A DNA stretch of 64,000 nt from an uncultured Clostridia bacterium (GCA_944349515.1 CALVNE010000004.1:2166-66165); one strand, 5' to 3'; shown: positions 43,588-53,248, counted from the stretch's first letter. The notes: generated by a model from the sequence alone, not told the origin. Numbers and translations: made by a program.

Positions 43588-44307
43588 TTAGACTTCTATG
43601 ATTAGTTTTGTATAGGAGTATTTGATTTGGGCGGAGAGGTTGCGGTCTTGGGTGGAGTTTGTAAGGTCGAGCAAAATTTCATTTATCTTTACAAAGCTCG
43701 TGCGCATATTTGCGATGTCGCTGTTGGTGTTGACTTTAAAGAGCGTTTCAAAGTTGTTCTTTTTTGTTAAAAAGTTGGAATATACTTCGTTGATTTTGAG
43801 TTTTGCGGTCACTTCGTCGGTTACACCTGTGTCAAGGCTGACCGTGATATCGTAAAGGCTTTGAAAAACGCTGTCGGCAACGGCTAAACTTTCCTTTAAC
43901 ACATTTTCTTCACTTTCGGAAAAGTTTCCTTCAAGGATTATGCTAGGCTTTGTCAGTTTTAATATTTCCGCTTCAATGCCGTTGGTCTTTAGGTTGCTTT
44001 TTACAAGTTCCGCGTCGTTGTTATTTTTGTAGCAACTTGCAATGATATGGTAGGCGTCATCGTTTTCGTAGATATATAAGCCGAAATTGGTGTCCGAGAA
44101 ATTTTCTAGTTCATTTTCGGCTTTTTCCAAACTTTCGGCGGAGTAGACGGAGAGAAGATAGTAGGTGTTTTGTCCGCTTTCCACCTTTTGCGCCACTTGA
44201 AAAAGATTGGCGGAAACGATAAAAGTGGAGAGTAAGTATCCAATGGAAACACACGTCAAGAGGGCTAAAACCACCGAAAAAGTTGCAAAATACGGAAATT
44301 TTTTCAT
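43588..44307 (-). CDS. membrane-anchored protein with SPOR-like domain
   Basis: 239 aa with an N-terminal TM. YYLLSVYSAESLEKAENELENF...YHIIASCYKNNNDAELVKSNLKTNGIEAEILKL fits the SPOR repeat pattern. Confidence 0.5.
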   Translation of the reverse strand: MKKFPYFATFSVVLALLTCVSIGYLLSTFIVSANLFQVAQKVESGQNTYYLLSVYSAESLEKAENELENFSDTNFGLYIYENDDAYHIIASCYKNNNDAELVKSNLKTNGIEAEILKLTKPSIILEGNFSESEENVLKESLAVADSVFQSLYDITVSLDTGVTDEVTAKLKINEVYSNFLTKKNNFETLFKVNTNSDIANMRTSFVKINEILLDLTNSTQDRNLSAQIKYSYTKLIIEV

Positions 44308-44439
44308 ATTAAAATATATTATTTTGCTTTTTTGTTTATACTTTTTTGTCGATTTTTCTTCAAAAATAATAAAAATTGTGGTATTTATTTAAAAATTTTT
44401 AGAGCGATAAGCATTTTGTTTTTATTTAAGAAAAATTTT

Positions 44440-44448
44440 TGATATAAT
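44440..44448 (+). promoter_or_regulatory. extended -10 element (TGaTATAAT) 6 nt from the ATG at 44455 (leaderless candidate)
   Basis: TG at 44440-44441, TATAAT at 44443-44448. No SD. No good -35. Confidence 0.4.
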
Positions 44449-44454
44449 AAATAT

Positions 44455-45300
44455 ATGAAATTTTTTGACCTATTTAAGAAAAAAATCAAAATCGGCGTGG
44501 CTTTTGGTGGCGGTGGCGCTAAGGGCATGACTCACATCGGCGTGATGAAGGCGTTTGAAGAATACGGACTTGACTTTGACTATGTGGCAGGCACAAGTGT
44601 GGGCAGTATCATGGGTGCGGCTTATGCCTCAGGCATGAAATCAAGCGAAATTTTGAAGGTGGCAAAAAGCATGAAAACGAGCGACATTCGCACAAGCAAG
44701 GTGTTTTTTGTGCCGTCAAAAACGGAAGGCATTGAAAGCATGATGCGAGACACCTTCGGCGACATAAACATTGAGGACCTTAAAAAGCCCTTCTCTTGCG
44801 TTGCGGTCGATATGAAAAGCACTAAGGAACTTTGCATATCGCACGGCAATCTCGCCAAAGCGGTGGCAGGCAGTTGTTGTGTGCCGGGCATCTTTCAACC
44901 TGTTGTTTTTGGCGACTATCTCTTATGTGACGGCGGACTTCAAAACAATATTCCAGCGAACATTCCACGCTTTTTTGATTGTGACTATGTCATCGCGGTT
45001 GACTGTAACAGCACGCGCACCTACGGCACGGAAAGCGCTAAAACGCTCGACATCATCTCCTGCGCGCTTAGAATTCTTATGAAAAGTAACTCCATTAAAG
45101 GCTATCTCAACGCTGACCTCACCATTGCGTGCGACACTAAGCGCTACAAGGCGACCGAACTACAAGGCATAGACGAAATGGTGGAGATAGGTTATCGAAA
45201 CACGATTGATATGATGCCAGAGATTATGAAGATTTTTTCAGGCAAGTATCCGCGGGCGAAAAAGAAGGACTACGGTAAGGACGATATTTTGTTTATTTAA
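44455..45300 (+). CDS. patatin-like phospholipase
   Basis: Has the GGGGAKG oxyanion loop, the GTSVG nucleophile elbow and the CDGGL Asp motif. 281 aa. Confidence 0.85.
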   Translation: MKFFDLFKKKIKIGVAFGGGGAKGMTHIGVMKAFEEYGLDFDYVAGTSVGSIMGAAYASGMKSSEILKVAKSMKTSDIRTSKVFFVPSKTEGIESMMRDTFGDINIEDLKKPFSCVAVDMKSTKELCISHGNLAKAVAGSCCVPGIFQPVVFGDYLLCDGGLQNNIPANIPRFFDCDYVIAVDCNSTRTYGTESAKTLDIISCALRILMKSNSIKGYLNADLTIACDTKRYKATELQGIDEMVEIGYRNTIDMMPEIMKIFSGKYPRAKKKDYGKDDILFI

Positions 45301-45376
45301 CATTCTTTAAACGAAATTTTGGCTAATACAAAATTTTTTTGCGAAGGGCATTTTTGGCTAATGAAGAAAAATTGAA

Positions 45377-46456
45377 ATGAATAAGTACATTTGGAAGATA
45401 AAACATTTTAGGTGGAAACATGAGCATAGCGTGAAGATTGTTCTTCTAATTCTTTTCAGCGCTATATTTTTTCTTTTCTACATAAATATGACCTCGATTT
45501 CGCTTTTCTTTCATAATTTTAATGCTATCTACAACGCGCCACTTCAATTTTACTCGTTTTATGTCGGGCAAGGCGAGTGTTCACTGGTCATTGCCGACGG
45601 CGTGACTTACCTTTACGACACCGGCACCAAAGAATATGCGAACAGAATGTGCGACGAACTCTCCGCCATTTTGAAAGGTAATGGGCTTAAAAACATCGAC
45701 TACCTCATCATCTCTCACGCGCACAGCGACCACTACGGCGGAGCGAAAGAGGTGTTAAGAAGATTTGACGTAGAGAATATCTTTCGCCCGAAGGTACTTT
45801 CGGCGCTGGAAGAGGAGGTGGAAGGCTATGCCGTTTCAAATGACCTTGCCTATATTGAAATGATTGAGACGGTGGAAGAGGAAGAGGCGGAGGTCTTTTT
45901 CCTTGAACCGTGCGAACTTACAGTTGGTCAGACCTTTCTAAAATTTTGGACGCCGCTAAATGACAGTTACTCAAACGACAACGCCATTTCGACCATTCTT
46001 ACAATTTCTTCGCATAACAATATAGTTATGCTCACGGGCGATGCGGTGGGCGAAACCGAAAACGAGTTTTTGTCGGCTCTTGGCGAAGAGGAAATGAAAG
46101 TCGACATCTTAAAAGTGCCTCATCATGGCTCCGACACCGCCTCGTCTGCCGAGTTTTTAAATAGAATCAATCCGCAAATCGCCGTTATCAGCGCTGGCAT
46201 AAACAATACATATAATTTTCCAGCCGAAGAGGTGATAAAGCGCCTTCATGACGCCGGCGCAAGCGAAGTGTATGTCACAAAAAATATCGGCACCATAGGC
46301 ATTTCTTTGGGCGCAACATCATATAAACTTTCAAGTGGCTTTATCTTTAACGATGACCCGCTATTATTAACAATCTATTTCCTCTTTGTGTTTGTGATTA
46401 TCGCGCTGAAATTCCCACACAAAAAAATTTTTAGAATAAAAAAGCATAATTTTTGA
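45377..46456 (+). CDS. ComEC/Rec2-related metallo-beta-lactamase-fold membrane protein
   Basis: TM helices at both the N- and C-terminus. The motifs YVGQGECSLV and ISHAHSDHYGG are typical of the ComEC C-terminal MBL domain. Confidence 0.7.
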   Translation: MNKYIWKIKHFRWKHEHSVKIVLLILFSAIFFLFYINMTSISLFFHNFNAIYNAPLQFYSFYVGQGECSLVIADGVTYLYDTGTKEYANRMCDELSAILKGNGLKNIDYLIISHAHSDHYGGAKEVLRRFDVENIFRPKVLSALEEEVEGYAVSNDLAYIEMIETVEEEEAEVFFLEPCELTVGQTFLKFWTPLNDSYSNDNAISTILTISSHNNIVMLTGDAVGETENEFLSALGEEEMKVDILKVPHHGSDTASSAEFLNRINPQIAVISAGINNTYNFPAEEVIKRLHDAGASEVYVTKNIGTIGISLGATSYKLSSGFIFNDDPLLLTIYFLFVFVIIALKFPHKKIFRIKKHNF

Positions 46457-46464
46457 TAAATTGT

Positions 46465-46492
46465 TTGTTAAAAACAAATATTGTGCTAAAAT
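46465..46492 (+). promoter_or_regulatory. promoter with extended -10, 6 nt from the ATG at 46499 (leaderless candidate)
   Basis: TTGTTA at 46465-46470, 16-nt spacer ending TGC, TAAAAT at 46487-46492. Confidence 0.4.
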
Positions 46493-46498
46493 AACATC

Positions 46499-46972
46499 AT
46501 GACAGAGGTAGATTTCGATAAAATCGTCATTGTTTCCTTATATGAGAGATTTTCCACTCTTGTTGCAAAAGCCATTGCAAAAGATGTGAATATGCTTTTT
46601 TGTAGTACAAGAGAACTGCTTGCTTACGAGATTATGGATAGAAAACTTGTCGAGGAGCGCTGTTCGGTGGATTATCTTAAAAAACAGGAACTACGCGTCA
46701 TTAAAAACCTTGCCTCATATGAAAATGTCTGCATATCTATTTCGTATGAGCGCTTCTACGAAAACGCCTCGCTCTTTCAAAAGAACAGTTTAATTGTGTT
46801 TATCGACCTTCCAAAAACATATATTAAACAAAAGTCCAAAATTTCATATATCCGTTTTAACGAAAGGCGAGAAAATTTAATTAAAACCTCAACTTTGTCT
46901 TTAAAGGTGAGAAAGGTTGAAGTGGAAAGCGTAAAGATTAAAATTTTAAAACAACTTGGAGGAATTCTATGA
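46499..46972 (+). CDS. shikimate-kinase-like protein with degenerate P-loop (probable pseudoenzyme)
   Basis: 157 aa. Colinear by eye with AroK: KIVIVSLYERFSTLVAKAIAKDVNMLF against xIVLIGFMGxGKTTxGxxLAxxLGxxF, and LIVFIDLP against VIFLDL. The Walker A glycines and lysine are absent. ATGA overlap with tkt. Confidence 0.45.
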   Translation: MTEVDFDKIVIVSLYERFSTLVAKAIAKDVNMLFCSTRELLAYEIMDRKLVEERCSVDYLKKQELRVIKNLASYENVCISISYERFYENASLFQKNSLIVFIDLPKTYIKQKSKISYIRFNERRENLIKTSTLSLKVRKVEVESVKIKILKQLGGIL

Positions 46973-48933
46973 ATATCGTGCAAAAATCAATAAACTATGT
47001 GAAAGCAATTTCGGCGGAGACAATCTCAAACGCAAAGTCTGGGCATACTGGCGTGGCAATTGGTGCATCGAGCATTCTTTTTGCTTTCTTTAGAGATCAC
47101 TACAACTTCGACTCGTCGGACACCGACTTTTTGAACAGAGATAGGTTTGTGCTTTCGGCGGGGCACGCCAGCGCGCTTTACTACACGCTTTTGTCGATGT
47201 TCGGCTTTGATTTAAGTTTACAAGACTTAAAAGAATTTAGAAGTTACGGTTCCAAAACACCGGGGCATCCAGAGTATCGCGTAACGGACGGCGTGGAGGT
47301 CTCCACCGGACCACTTGGGCAAGGCGTGGCTAACGCTGTTGGCATGGCAATTGCAGAAAGCATTATGGAGGAGCGCTTTAACACCGTTGGTTTTAACATT
47401 ATAAATCACTACACCTATTGCTTTGCCGGCGATGGGTGCCTTATGGAGGGCGTGGCGCAAGAGGCGTGTAGTCTGGCGGGCGCGCTGAGGCTGAAAAAAC
47501 TTATTTTGCTTTATGACAGCAACAATGTCACCATAGACGGACCATTGCACATCGCAAGTCGCGAAAATGTCGCAAAAAAATTTAGAGCAATGGGTTGGAA
47601 TGTTATCAAGGTTAAAAATGGCAATTCCTACTTTTCATGCACAAGGGCGATTGCGCGCGCTAAGAAGAGCAGTAAGCCAACAATCATTATCTTCAAAACA
47701 ACAATCGGCATCGGCACCGACAAGGAAGGTACGAGCGCCGTTCATGGCGCCTATCTTAACGACGCCGAACTTAAAGCCTTTAAAGAAAGGTTGAAGGTGA
47801 AGGAGAGTTTTTACGTTCCAAGCGACGTTCGCGAGTTTTGCATGGCAACCACAAGACGCGGGAAACTAAACCACGAAAAGTGGAACCAAACCTTGGCTAT
47901 GTACAGTAGCACGCACCCAGAGTTATACAAGTCTTTCATGGCTTTCTTTGACAAAAAGAAGATTAATTTTGAAAGAATTGTTCGCAATATCGCAAAATAT
48001 GACGGTCAGAGCATGAGAAAAGTAAATCACTACGCACTCAGCGAACTTGCCTATCAGTGCCCGCAACTTGTTGGGGGAACGGCAGACGTCGCGCCGTCGA
48101 GTTTGGCATATATCGACAACGCCGGCAACTATTCCTATGGCTATAAGCGTGGAAAAAATATCCACTATGGTGTTCGCGAACACGCTATGGGCGCCATTTC
48201 AAACGGCATAAGTTTGTATGAAGATTTTATCACCTTCGACTCCACCTTTTTGGCGTTTTCCAACTATATGATTCCAAGTATTCGTATGCGTGCCATGATG
48301 AAACTGCCCGTGCTTTCCTTCTTTACACATGACAGTTTAAAGGTGGGGCAGGACGGACCTTCGCACCAGCCGATCGAACAAGTGGGGCAACTTAGAAGCA
48401 TTGTCGGCAATGTGGTGTATAGGCCATGCGACTATAAGGAACTTGTGGCGGGGTATGAATATTCCATAAAGAATGCCTCACCGGTGTCCTTCATCTTGTC
48501 GAGACAGGACCTTCCTCATATCGAAAATACCTTCTATGACGGCGCGCTTATGGGCGGATACATTTTGGAAGAAAACAGTCAAAAGCCAGAGATTGTGTTG
48601 GTGGCAAGTGGTAGCGAGGTAAGTTTGGCGCTCGACGCCGCAAAGGAACTAAGCAAAAAACACAGCGTTAATGTGGTCAGTATGCCAAGCCTTGAAGTGT
48701 TCGAAAAACAGCCACAGGCTTACCGCTCTAAAATCTTGCCGAAGGAGTCAACTTGCATCTATATTGAGATGTCAAACGACACAAAGGCACTTAAACTTCT
48801 TCCTAAAAACAGTTTTCTCTATGGCATAGAAAAGTATGAGCACAGCGGAAATGGCGAAGTTGTTGCCGAAAAAGCCGGATTCACCGTGAAAGCGCTTGTT
48901 AAATCTGTGGAAAATAAACTCAGCGGAAAATAA
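46969..48933 (+). CDS. tkt: transketolase
   Basis: 654 aa. SGHTG, the GDGCLMEG thiamine-diphosphate motif and the conserved C-terminal domain are present. Confidence 0.92.
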   Translation: MNIVQKSINYVKAISAETISNAKSGHTGVAIGASSILFAFFRDHYNFDSSDTDFLNRDRFVLSAGHASALYYTLLSMFGFDLSLQDLKEFRSYGSKTPGHPEYRVTDGVEVSTGPLGQGVANAVGMAIAESIMEERFNTVGFNIINHYTYCFAGDGCLMEGVAQEACSLAGALRLKKLILLYDSNNVTIDGPLHIASRENVAKKFRAMGWNVIKVKNGNSYFSCTRAIARAKKSSKPTIIIFKTTIGIGTDKEGTSAVHGAYLNDAELKAFKERLKVKESFYVPSDVREFCMATTRRGKLNHEKWNQTLAMYSSTHPELYKSFMAFFDKKKINFERIVRNIAKYDGQSMRKVNHYALSELAYQCPQLVGGTADVAPSSLAYIDNAGNYSYGYKRGKNIHYGVREHAMGAISNGISLYEDFITFDSTFLAFSNYMIPSIRMRAMMKLPVLSFFTHDSLKVGQDGPSHQPIEQVGQLRSIVGNVVYRPCDYKELVAGYEYSIKNASPVSFILSRQDLPHIENTFYDGALMGGYILEENSQKPEIVLVASGSEVSLALDAAKELSKKHSVNVVSMPSLEVFEKQPQAYRSKILPKESTCIYIEMSNDTKALKLLPKNSFLYGIEKYEHSGNGEVVAEKAGFTVKALVKSVENKLSGK

Positions 48934-49034
48934 CCAAAAATAAGCGTAATTTCGCTAAGAAATAACATTTTTTTGATATAAAACATAATACCTTTCTAAA
49001 TACAATAGATATATATTGTTTTAGAGAGGTTTTT

Positions 49035-49964
49035 ATGTTATCTAAAAAAAGCATGGTGCTTTCCGATTTAGACCACAACAGCCCTAGGCGCGCCGTTTTA
49101 ACGCTGGAAAAGGTGGGCGATGATGTGCGCGGGAGTTTGAGACTATACAACTTTTCGTCCACGATAGACGGGCTTTTGACTCTCGGCTTTTATGTCGACG
49201 ACAAGGTCATCAAAAGCGGTTTAACCTACAAAAGCGCCTCATATTTCACCTTTTTGCTTGGCGAGGACTTCATCAGCAAAAAATTTTCGTGCGCCGTTTT
49301 GGTGTTTAATGAAGCCGAGGCAAAGCCGATTTTGTATGGGTCAAGTGAGGGTAGAGAGGAAGATGTCTACGCCAGCATTATCAACGAACTTTCCTTCAAT
49401 TTTTCCAAGGACAATGTGGAAAGGGTGCTTGATGAGCATGGCGTGGACTATGACGAAAAAGAGAAAAAAGAAATTGAAAGCGAGATAGATAAATGCATGG
49501 GCGATTGCAAAAATTGCTATTATAAGGAGTATTTTTACAAAAATTCCGGCGGAGATGAAGTCGAGGCGAGCGCTTTAACTGACACCATAAACAAGCAAAC
49601 AGATACCGAGCAAGAGGATAGGCAAGAGCCGTTTGTCAAGCGTTTAAAACCGCAGATAGACAAACTTTTTGAGAAAAATCCGGCGGAAACCAATTTGGAG
49701 GAGATGATTCCTTCGTCTAAGTGGGTGAAGGTGGAATATGAGGACGATGGCGATTTCTATGTGTTTGGGCTGTTGTACGAAAAGGGCGAGGTGAAATATG
49801 TTTGCTACGGCGTGCCGGCAGTTTACGAGAAGGACCCGCCAAAAGAACTTAACGGATATCCAATTTTTTTGCCACTTAACAGCGAGGACAAGGAAGGCTT
49901 TGGCTATTGGCTGACCTATCAAGACGCTGAAACCGGCGAACCGATAAAGGCGATTGTGGAGTAA
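49035..49964 (+). CDS. hypothetical protein
   Basis: 309 aa. SD is GAGAGG. Acidic middle region and a C-terminal segment GDFYVFGLLYEKGEVKYVCYGVPA. No family recognised. Confidence 0.55.
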   Translation: MLSKKSMVLSDLDHNSPRRAVLTLEKVGDDVRGSLRLYNFSSTIDGLLTLGFYVDDKVIKSGLTYKSASYFTFLLGEDFISKKFSCAVLVFNEAEAKPILYGSSEGREEDVYASIINELSFNFSKDNVERVLDEHGVDYDEKEKKEIESEIDKCMGDCKNCYYKEYFYKNSGGDEVEASALTDTINKQTDTEQEDRQEPFVKRLKPQIDKLFEKNPAETNLEEMIPSSKWVKVEYEDDGDFYVFGLLYEKGEVKYVCYGVPAVYEKDPPKELNGYPIFLPLNSEDKEGFGYWLTYQDAETGEPIKAIVE

Positions 49965-49967
49965 GGT

Positions 49968-50900
49968 ATGAAAGTTGTTGGTTACATTTTGCTTGTTTTG
50001 TGTCTACTAATTATACTTGCCTTTCTTTACTACCTCGTTGTTGGGAGCATAATCTTCCACTACAGCCTTGGTAAAAAGACGCTTAAAAAGCGGGTGCGAA
50101 AGAAAAATTTAAACAAAAATTTGGAAAAATACCAAATAGACCTATGTTGGTGGGATAAAATTCCTTTCGAAGAGGTGAAAATTAAAAGTTTTGATAATTT
50201 GACGCTTGTTGGGCATTACTTTGGCGCGGACTCCAACAAAACCGTTTGCCTTGTGCATGGCTACAGCGCCAATTATAAGGAAATGCAACCATATGCTCAA
50301 TTTTTCTACCAAAAGGGCTATAACCTTCTCTGTGTGGAAAATAGAGCGCACGGCGCAAGCGAGGGCAATGTTGCTGGCATGGGATATTTGGATAGAAAAG
50401 ATTTACTAAAGTGGCTCGAATTTTTGGGGGCAGAGAATGACATTGTCTTTTTCGGGCTATCTATGGGTGCGAGCGCGGTATGTGCCTTGTCGGGCGAAAA
50501 ACTTCCCACTAGTGTCAAAGGGATAATTTCAGACAGCGCCTTTGATAACGCCGAAAGGGAACTAATACACGTGCTGAAAAGGTTTGGCATTTTTAAAAAA
50601 CTACTCCTCAAACATCTAAAATCTTATGCAAGACGGGTTCACAACTTCGATCTTGCGGACGCGGATATTGTCAAGTGCGTTAAAAAGGCGAGCGTGCCCA
50701 TTCTTTACATTCATGGCAAGGCGGACGCATATGTGCCTTTTAGCAATTCACAAAATCTCTACAACAATACACCGAAAAATTTGCGCGAACTTGTGCTTGT
50801 AGACAGTGCCGACCACGCCATGAGTTATGTCACGCTGGGCGTTGAATACGAAAGAAAGATAACCAACTTTTTTAGGAAATTTCATATCTTTGATTATTAA
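49968..50900 (+). CDS. alpha/beta-fold hydrolase with N-terminal TM anchor
   Basis: Has LVHGYSAN, the nucleophile elbow GLSMGAS, and the HGKADAYVP and DSADHA motifs. Confidence 0.75.
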   Translation: MKVVGYILLVLCLLIILAFLYYLVVGSIIFHYSLGKKTLKKRVRKKNLNKNLEKYQIDLCWWDKIPFEEVKIKSFDNLTLVGHYFGADSNKTVCLVHGYSANYKEMQPYAQFFYQKGYNLLCVENRAHGASEGNVAGMGYLDRKDLLKWLEFLGAENDIVFFGLSMGASAVCALSGEKLPTSVKGIISDSAFDNAERELIHVLKRFGIFKKLLLKHLKSYARRVHNFDLADADIVKCVKKASVPILYIHGKADAYVPFSNSQNLYNNTPKNLRELVLVDSADHAMSYVTLGVEYERKITNFFRKFHIFDY

Positions 50901-51180
50901 ACGGAAAAAGCATTATACGAATTTAAAAACTATTAAATGAAATAAAAAAACATTATACAAATTTTGAAAATAAAAAATTGGAGGGAAAAGTGAGCGAAAA
51001 AACATTAAAAAAATCGAAAAATTTGTTAAAAAAAGGTCAAAATGATGAAAAATCTTGGCAAATCATATTTAAAATTTTAAAAAGCACCAATTGTTAAGGT
51101 TGATAAAAACATTAAGATTTTTGTTTGAAATGTCGAAAATATAACCTCAACAAGTTTACGTTATATTTCTACGATAGGTG

Positions 51181-51241
51181 CTAAAAAAGCGCGAAAAGAA
51201 AGTGCCGTTATAACTAAAACAATCACTTTCCTTACGCGCTT
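51181..51241 (-). terminator. rho-independent terminator of the flavin-reductase/rubredoxin gene
   Basis: AAGCGCGAAAAGAAAGTG (51187-51204) pairs with CACTTTCCTTACGCGCTT (51224-51241) at 16/18 positions. The A-run at 51183-51188 on the plus strand gives a U-run after the hairpin on the minus strand. Confidence 0.6.
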
Positions 51242-51265
51242 ATTTTAATTTTCAAAATGTTTTTG

Positions 51266-51868
51266 TTAAATTTCGCTTCTTTCAAAATAGGTGGCGTCAT
51301 GCAAGCAAAGTGGGCAAACAAAATCTTCGGGCAGTGTGTCGCCTTCATAAACATATCCGCAAATGGAGCAAATGTACACCACTTTTTTCTGTGTCGCTTG
51401 CACTTTCGGCTTGATGTTTGCTTGGTAATATGCGTAGGTGATTGAAGGCAGTTCGTTCAAGGAAACCTCCTTCACTACTTCCGCCAAAAATTCATAGTGA
51501 GTGCCAAGGTCGCGAACTTCCACAACATCTGCACATATGTACGAATTTGTGCCTTGGGTGATGTATGGTATGCCATTCTCGGCAACATCGTAGCCGGCAA
51601 AATCCTCAAATTTGTTGGTAGCCCTTCCGCTTGCGAAGCCAAATCTTTTTATCAAATCAAAGTTTGCCTTCTCATTTAATATGGAAACGTTGAATTTTTT
51701 TGTTTTCAAAATTTGCGCCGTTGTGTGGTTATTTTTGTTAATGGCAATCATAATTCTGTTTGGTGTTGATGTCACTTGCGAAAGAGCGTTTATAACACAG
51801 CCATTCATTTTTTCCTCATTTGCGGTCAATATGTATAGCCCGTAGGAAATGTTAAACATCACATTCAT
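51266..51868 (-). CDS. flavin reductase-like domain fused to rubredoxin (high-molecular-weight rubredoxin type)
   Basis: N-terminal flavin-reductase-like domain (YGLYILTA...GCVINALSQV). The C-terminal rubredoxin has two CxxC pairs (YICSICGYVYEG...FVCPLCLH). SD is AGGAGA. Confidence 0.8.
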   Translation of the reverse strand: MNVMFNISYGLYILTANEEKMNGCVINALSQVTSTPNRIMIAINKNNHTTAQILKTKKFNVSILNEKANFDLIKRFGFASGRATNKFEDFAGYDVAENGIPYITQGTNSYICADVVEVRDLGTHYEFLAEVVKEVSLNELPSITYAYYQANIKPKVQATQKKVVYICSICGYVYEGDTLPEDFVCPLCLHDATYFERSEI

Positions 51869-52105
51869 AATTTTCTCCTAAAAATATCTTAGCATGAAAT
51901 AACTTTTTCAGTCAAACATTTTGTCTATTAAATTTTGATTGGTAAATTTTCTTCAAATTGCGTGCCTAAAATGTTGCGCTATCAAATACTTATTTTATTC
52001 GACTTTATAAAAGTTTAAATTGTAAAGGGTATCAGTTACCTTATAATGAAAGGATATTTTTACTAAACATATACAATGAAAAAGTAAGCGTCTCTTTTTA
52101 AACAT

Positions 52106-52128
52106 AAAAAAAGGATAGCGCGCTATCC
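52106..52128 (-). terminator. rho-independent terminator of the 40-codon gene
   Basis: Perfect 16-nt palindrome GGATAGCGCGCTATCC at 52113-52128. Seven A at 52106-52112 precede it on the plus strand, giving a U7 tail on the minus strand. Confidence 0.7.
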
Positions 52129-52142
52129 CTAACTTACATAAT

Positions 52143-52265
52143 TTAGTTTTGATTTTCAAGTGTGCTTATTCTGCTTTCTAGTGTGGGGATGACGTTGCGC
52201 GTCAAATTCCAAATGATTTTTTTGAGTTCCTCGACTTCGTTTTCAAGACTATATAAGTTGTTCAT
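52143..52265 (-). CDS. small coiled-coil-like protein, 40 aa (below the ORF-track cutoff)
   Basis: MNNLYSLENEVEELKKIIWNLTRNVIPTLESRISTLENQN. AAGGAGAAAAAT precedes the ATG (complement of 52263-52265). It has its own promoter and terminator. Confidence 0.5.
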   Translation of the reverse strand: MNNLYSLENEVEELKKIIWNLTRNVIPTLESRISTLENQN

Positions 52266-52285
52266 ATTTTTCTCCTTTTTGCAAA

Positions 52286-52314
52286 ATTTTACCTTGGAAA
52301 TCTAATTTTTTCAA
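52286..52314 (-). promoter_or_regulatory. sigma-A-type promoter of the 40-codon gene
   Basis: On the minus strand: TTGAAA (complement of 52309-52314), 17-nt spacer, TAAAAT (complement of 52286-52291). Confidence 0.5.
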
Positions 52315-52407
52315 TTTTTTATGCCATTTTTTGTATTTTTTTTGAAAAAAAGTGCGTTTTTTATGAATTTTACCTATCAAATTTTATTTTGCGCATTTTT
52401 TACTACT

Positions 52408-53127
52408 TCACTTTTTCTTCTTTTTGTTTTTCATAAAGAGTAGCGCCATGATTATTCCTATGCAGGCAATCGCAATCGTAACGGCGTAGATGATGAGTGG
52501 ATTGACGCCGTCAGGAGCAACCGTGTCGGTCAAAACATAGCCGTATTGCAGAGAGTTCTCTCTTTGGTAGGCGATAGGGGTAAACTCCAAATCTTTGTTG
52601 TAGCCTTCATAGAGATAGACACGCTCGCCTTTTTCGATTTCAATCTCGCTTTCAGTTATCGTTTCGCCGTTTAGAAGATATAGTTTTGTGTTAGAGTTAA
52701 TGGAGGCGTTGTAGGCGGGGTAGGTTTCAATATCACTTCCACCGAGTGCCACAAAGTCGGAAAAGATGTAGGCGGAAGGGAGTTGCTCTCCAGCGTAACC
52801 ATCCACCTTGTAAAAAATCATGCCATAACTATCCGCATATTCGGTGGGCGCGCCTTTTGTCAACTCTAAACTTAGCTCGTCTTTGTGAGCAATTCTCAGT
52901 GGCTCGCCGTTTTCGCCAACCACTTTTTGCGAAGTGAACGCAGGCGCTTCATAAAGATAGCAAAAGTTGGCAGTGCATATGTACACTTGTTCATTCTCGG
53001 CTTGCACACCACTTGCCGGCGCAAAAAAAACGCCCAGCAAAAGTACTGCCGACATCAAAAACATCAGCAAAAACTTGCCTATGATCCCTTCGCACTGAAA
53101 GAATGAAACCTCGCCAAACCTTTTCAT
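52408..53127 (-). CDS. membrane protein with two SH3b-like segments and a C-terminal TM plus poly-Lys tail
   Basis: 239 aa with an N-terminal signal/TM (FLLMFLMSAVLLLGVFFAPASG), a C-terminal TM (LIIYAVTIAIACIGIIMALLF) and KNKKKKK. The SH3b call is weak. Confidence 0.5.
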   Translation of the reverse strand: MKRFGEVSFFQCEGIIGKFLLMFLMSAVLLLGVFFAPASGVQAENEQVYICTANFCYLYEAPAFTSQKVVGENGEPLRIAHKDELSLELTKGAPTEYADSYGMIFYKVDGYAGEQLPSAYIFSDFVALGGSDIETYPAYNASINSNTKLYLLNGETITESEIEIEKGERVYLYEGYNKDLEFTPIAYQRENSLQYGYVLTDTVAPDGVNPLIIYAVTIAIACIGIIMALLFMKNKKKKK

Positions 53128-53133
53128 ACTCTA

Positions 53134-53162
53134 ATTATCCACCAAATAAAAACCCTTGTCAA
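53134..53162 (-). promoter_or_regulatory. consensus promoter 6 nt from the ATG at 53127 (leaderless candidate)
   Basis: On the minus strand: TTGACA (complement of 53157-53162), 17-nt spacer, GATAAT (complement of 53134-53139), then TAGAGT and the ATG. Confidence 0.5.
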
Positions 53163-53248
53163 GCAAAGTTTAGTTTTAGCACGAAAAAGATTTAAAATCA
53201 TTTTTTTGATTTTGTTATATAAAATATTTTTGTTTAATAAAATACAAT

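Noticed and set aside
50990-51097. 35-codon Lys-rich ORF (GTG start after GGAGGG; MSEKTLKKSKNLLKKGQNDEKSWQIIFKILKSTNC) and the nearby direct repeats CATTATAC(G/A)AATTT at about 50911 and 50951
   Set aside because: I could not identify a promoter or terminator. It has a GTG start in an A-rich tract, where such frames arise easily. It is kept only as a note.
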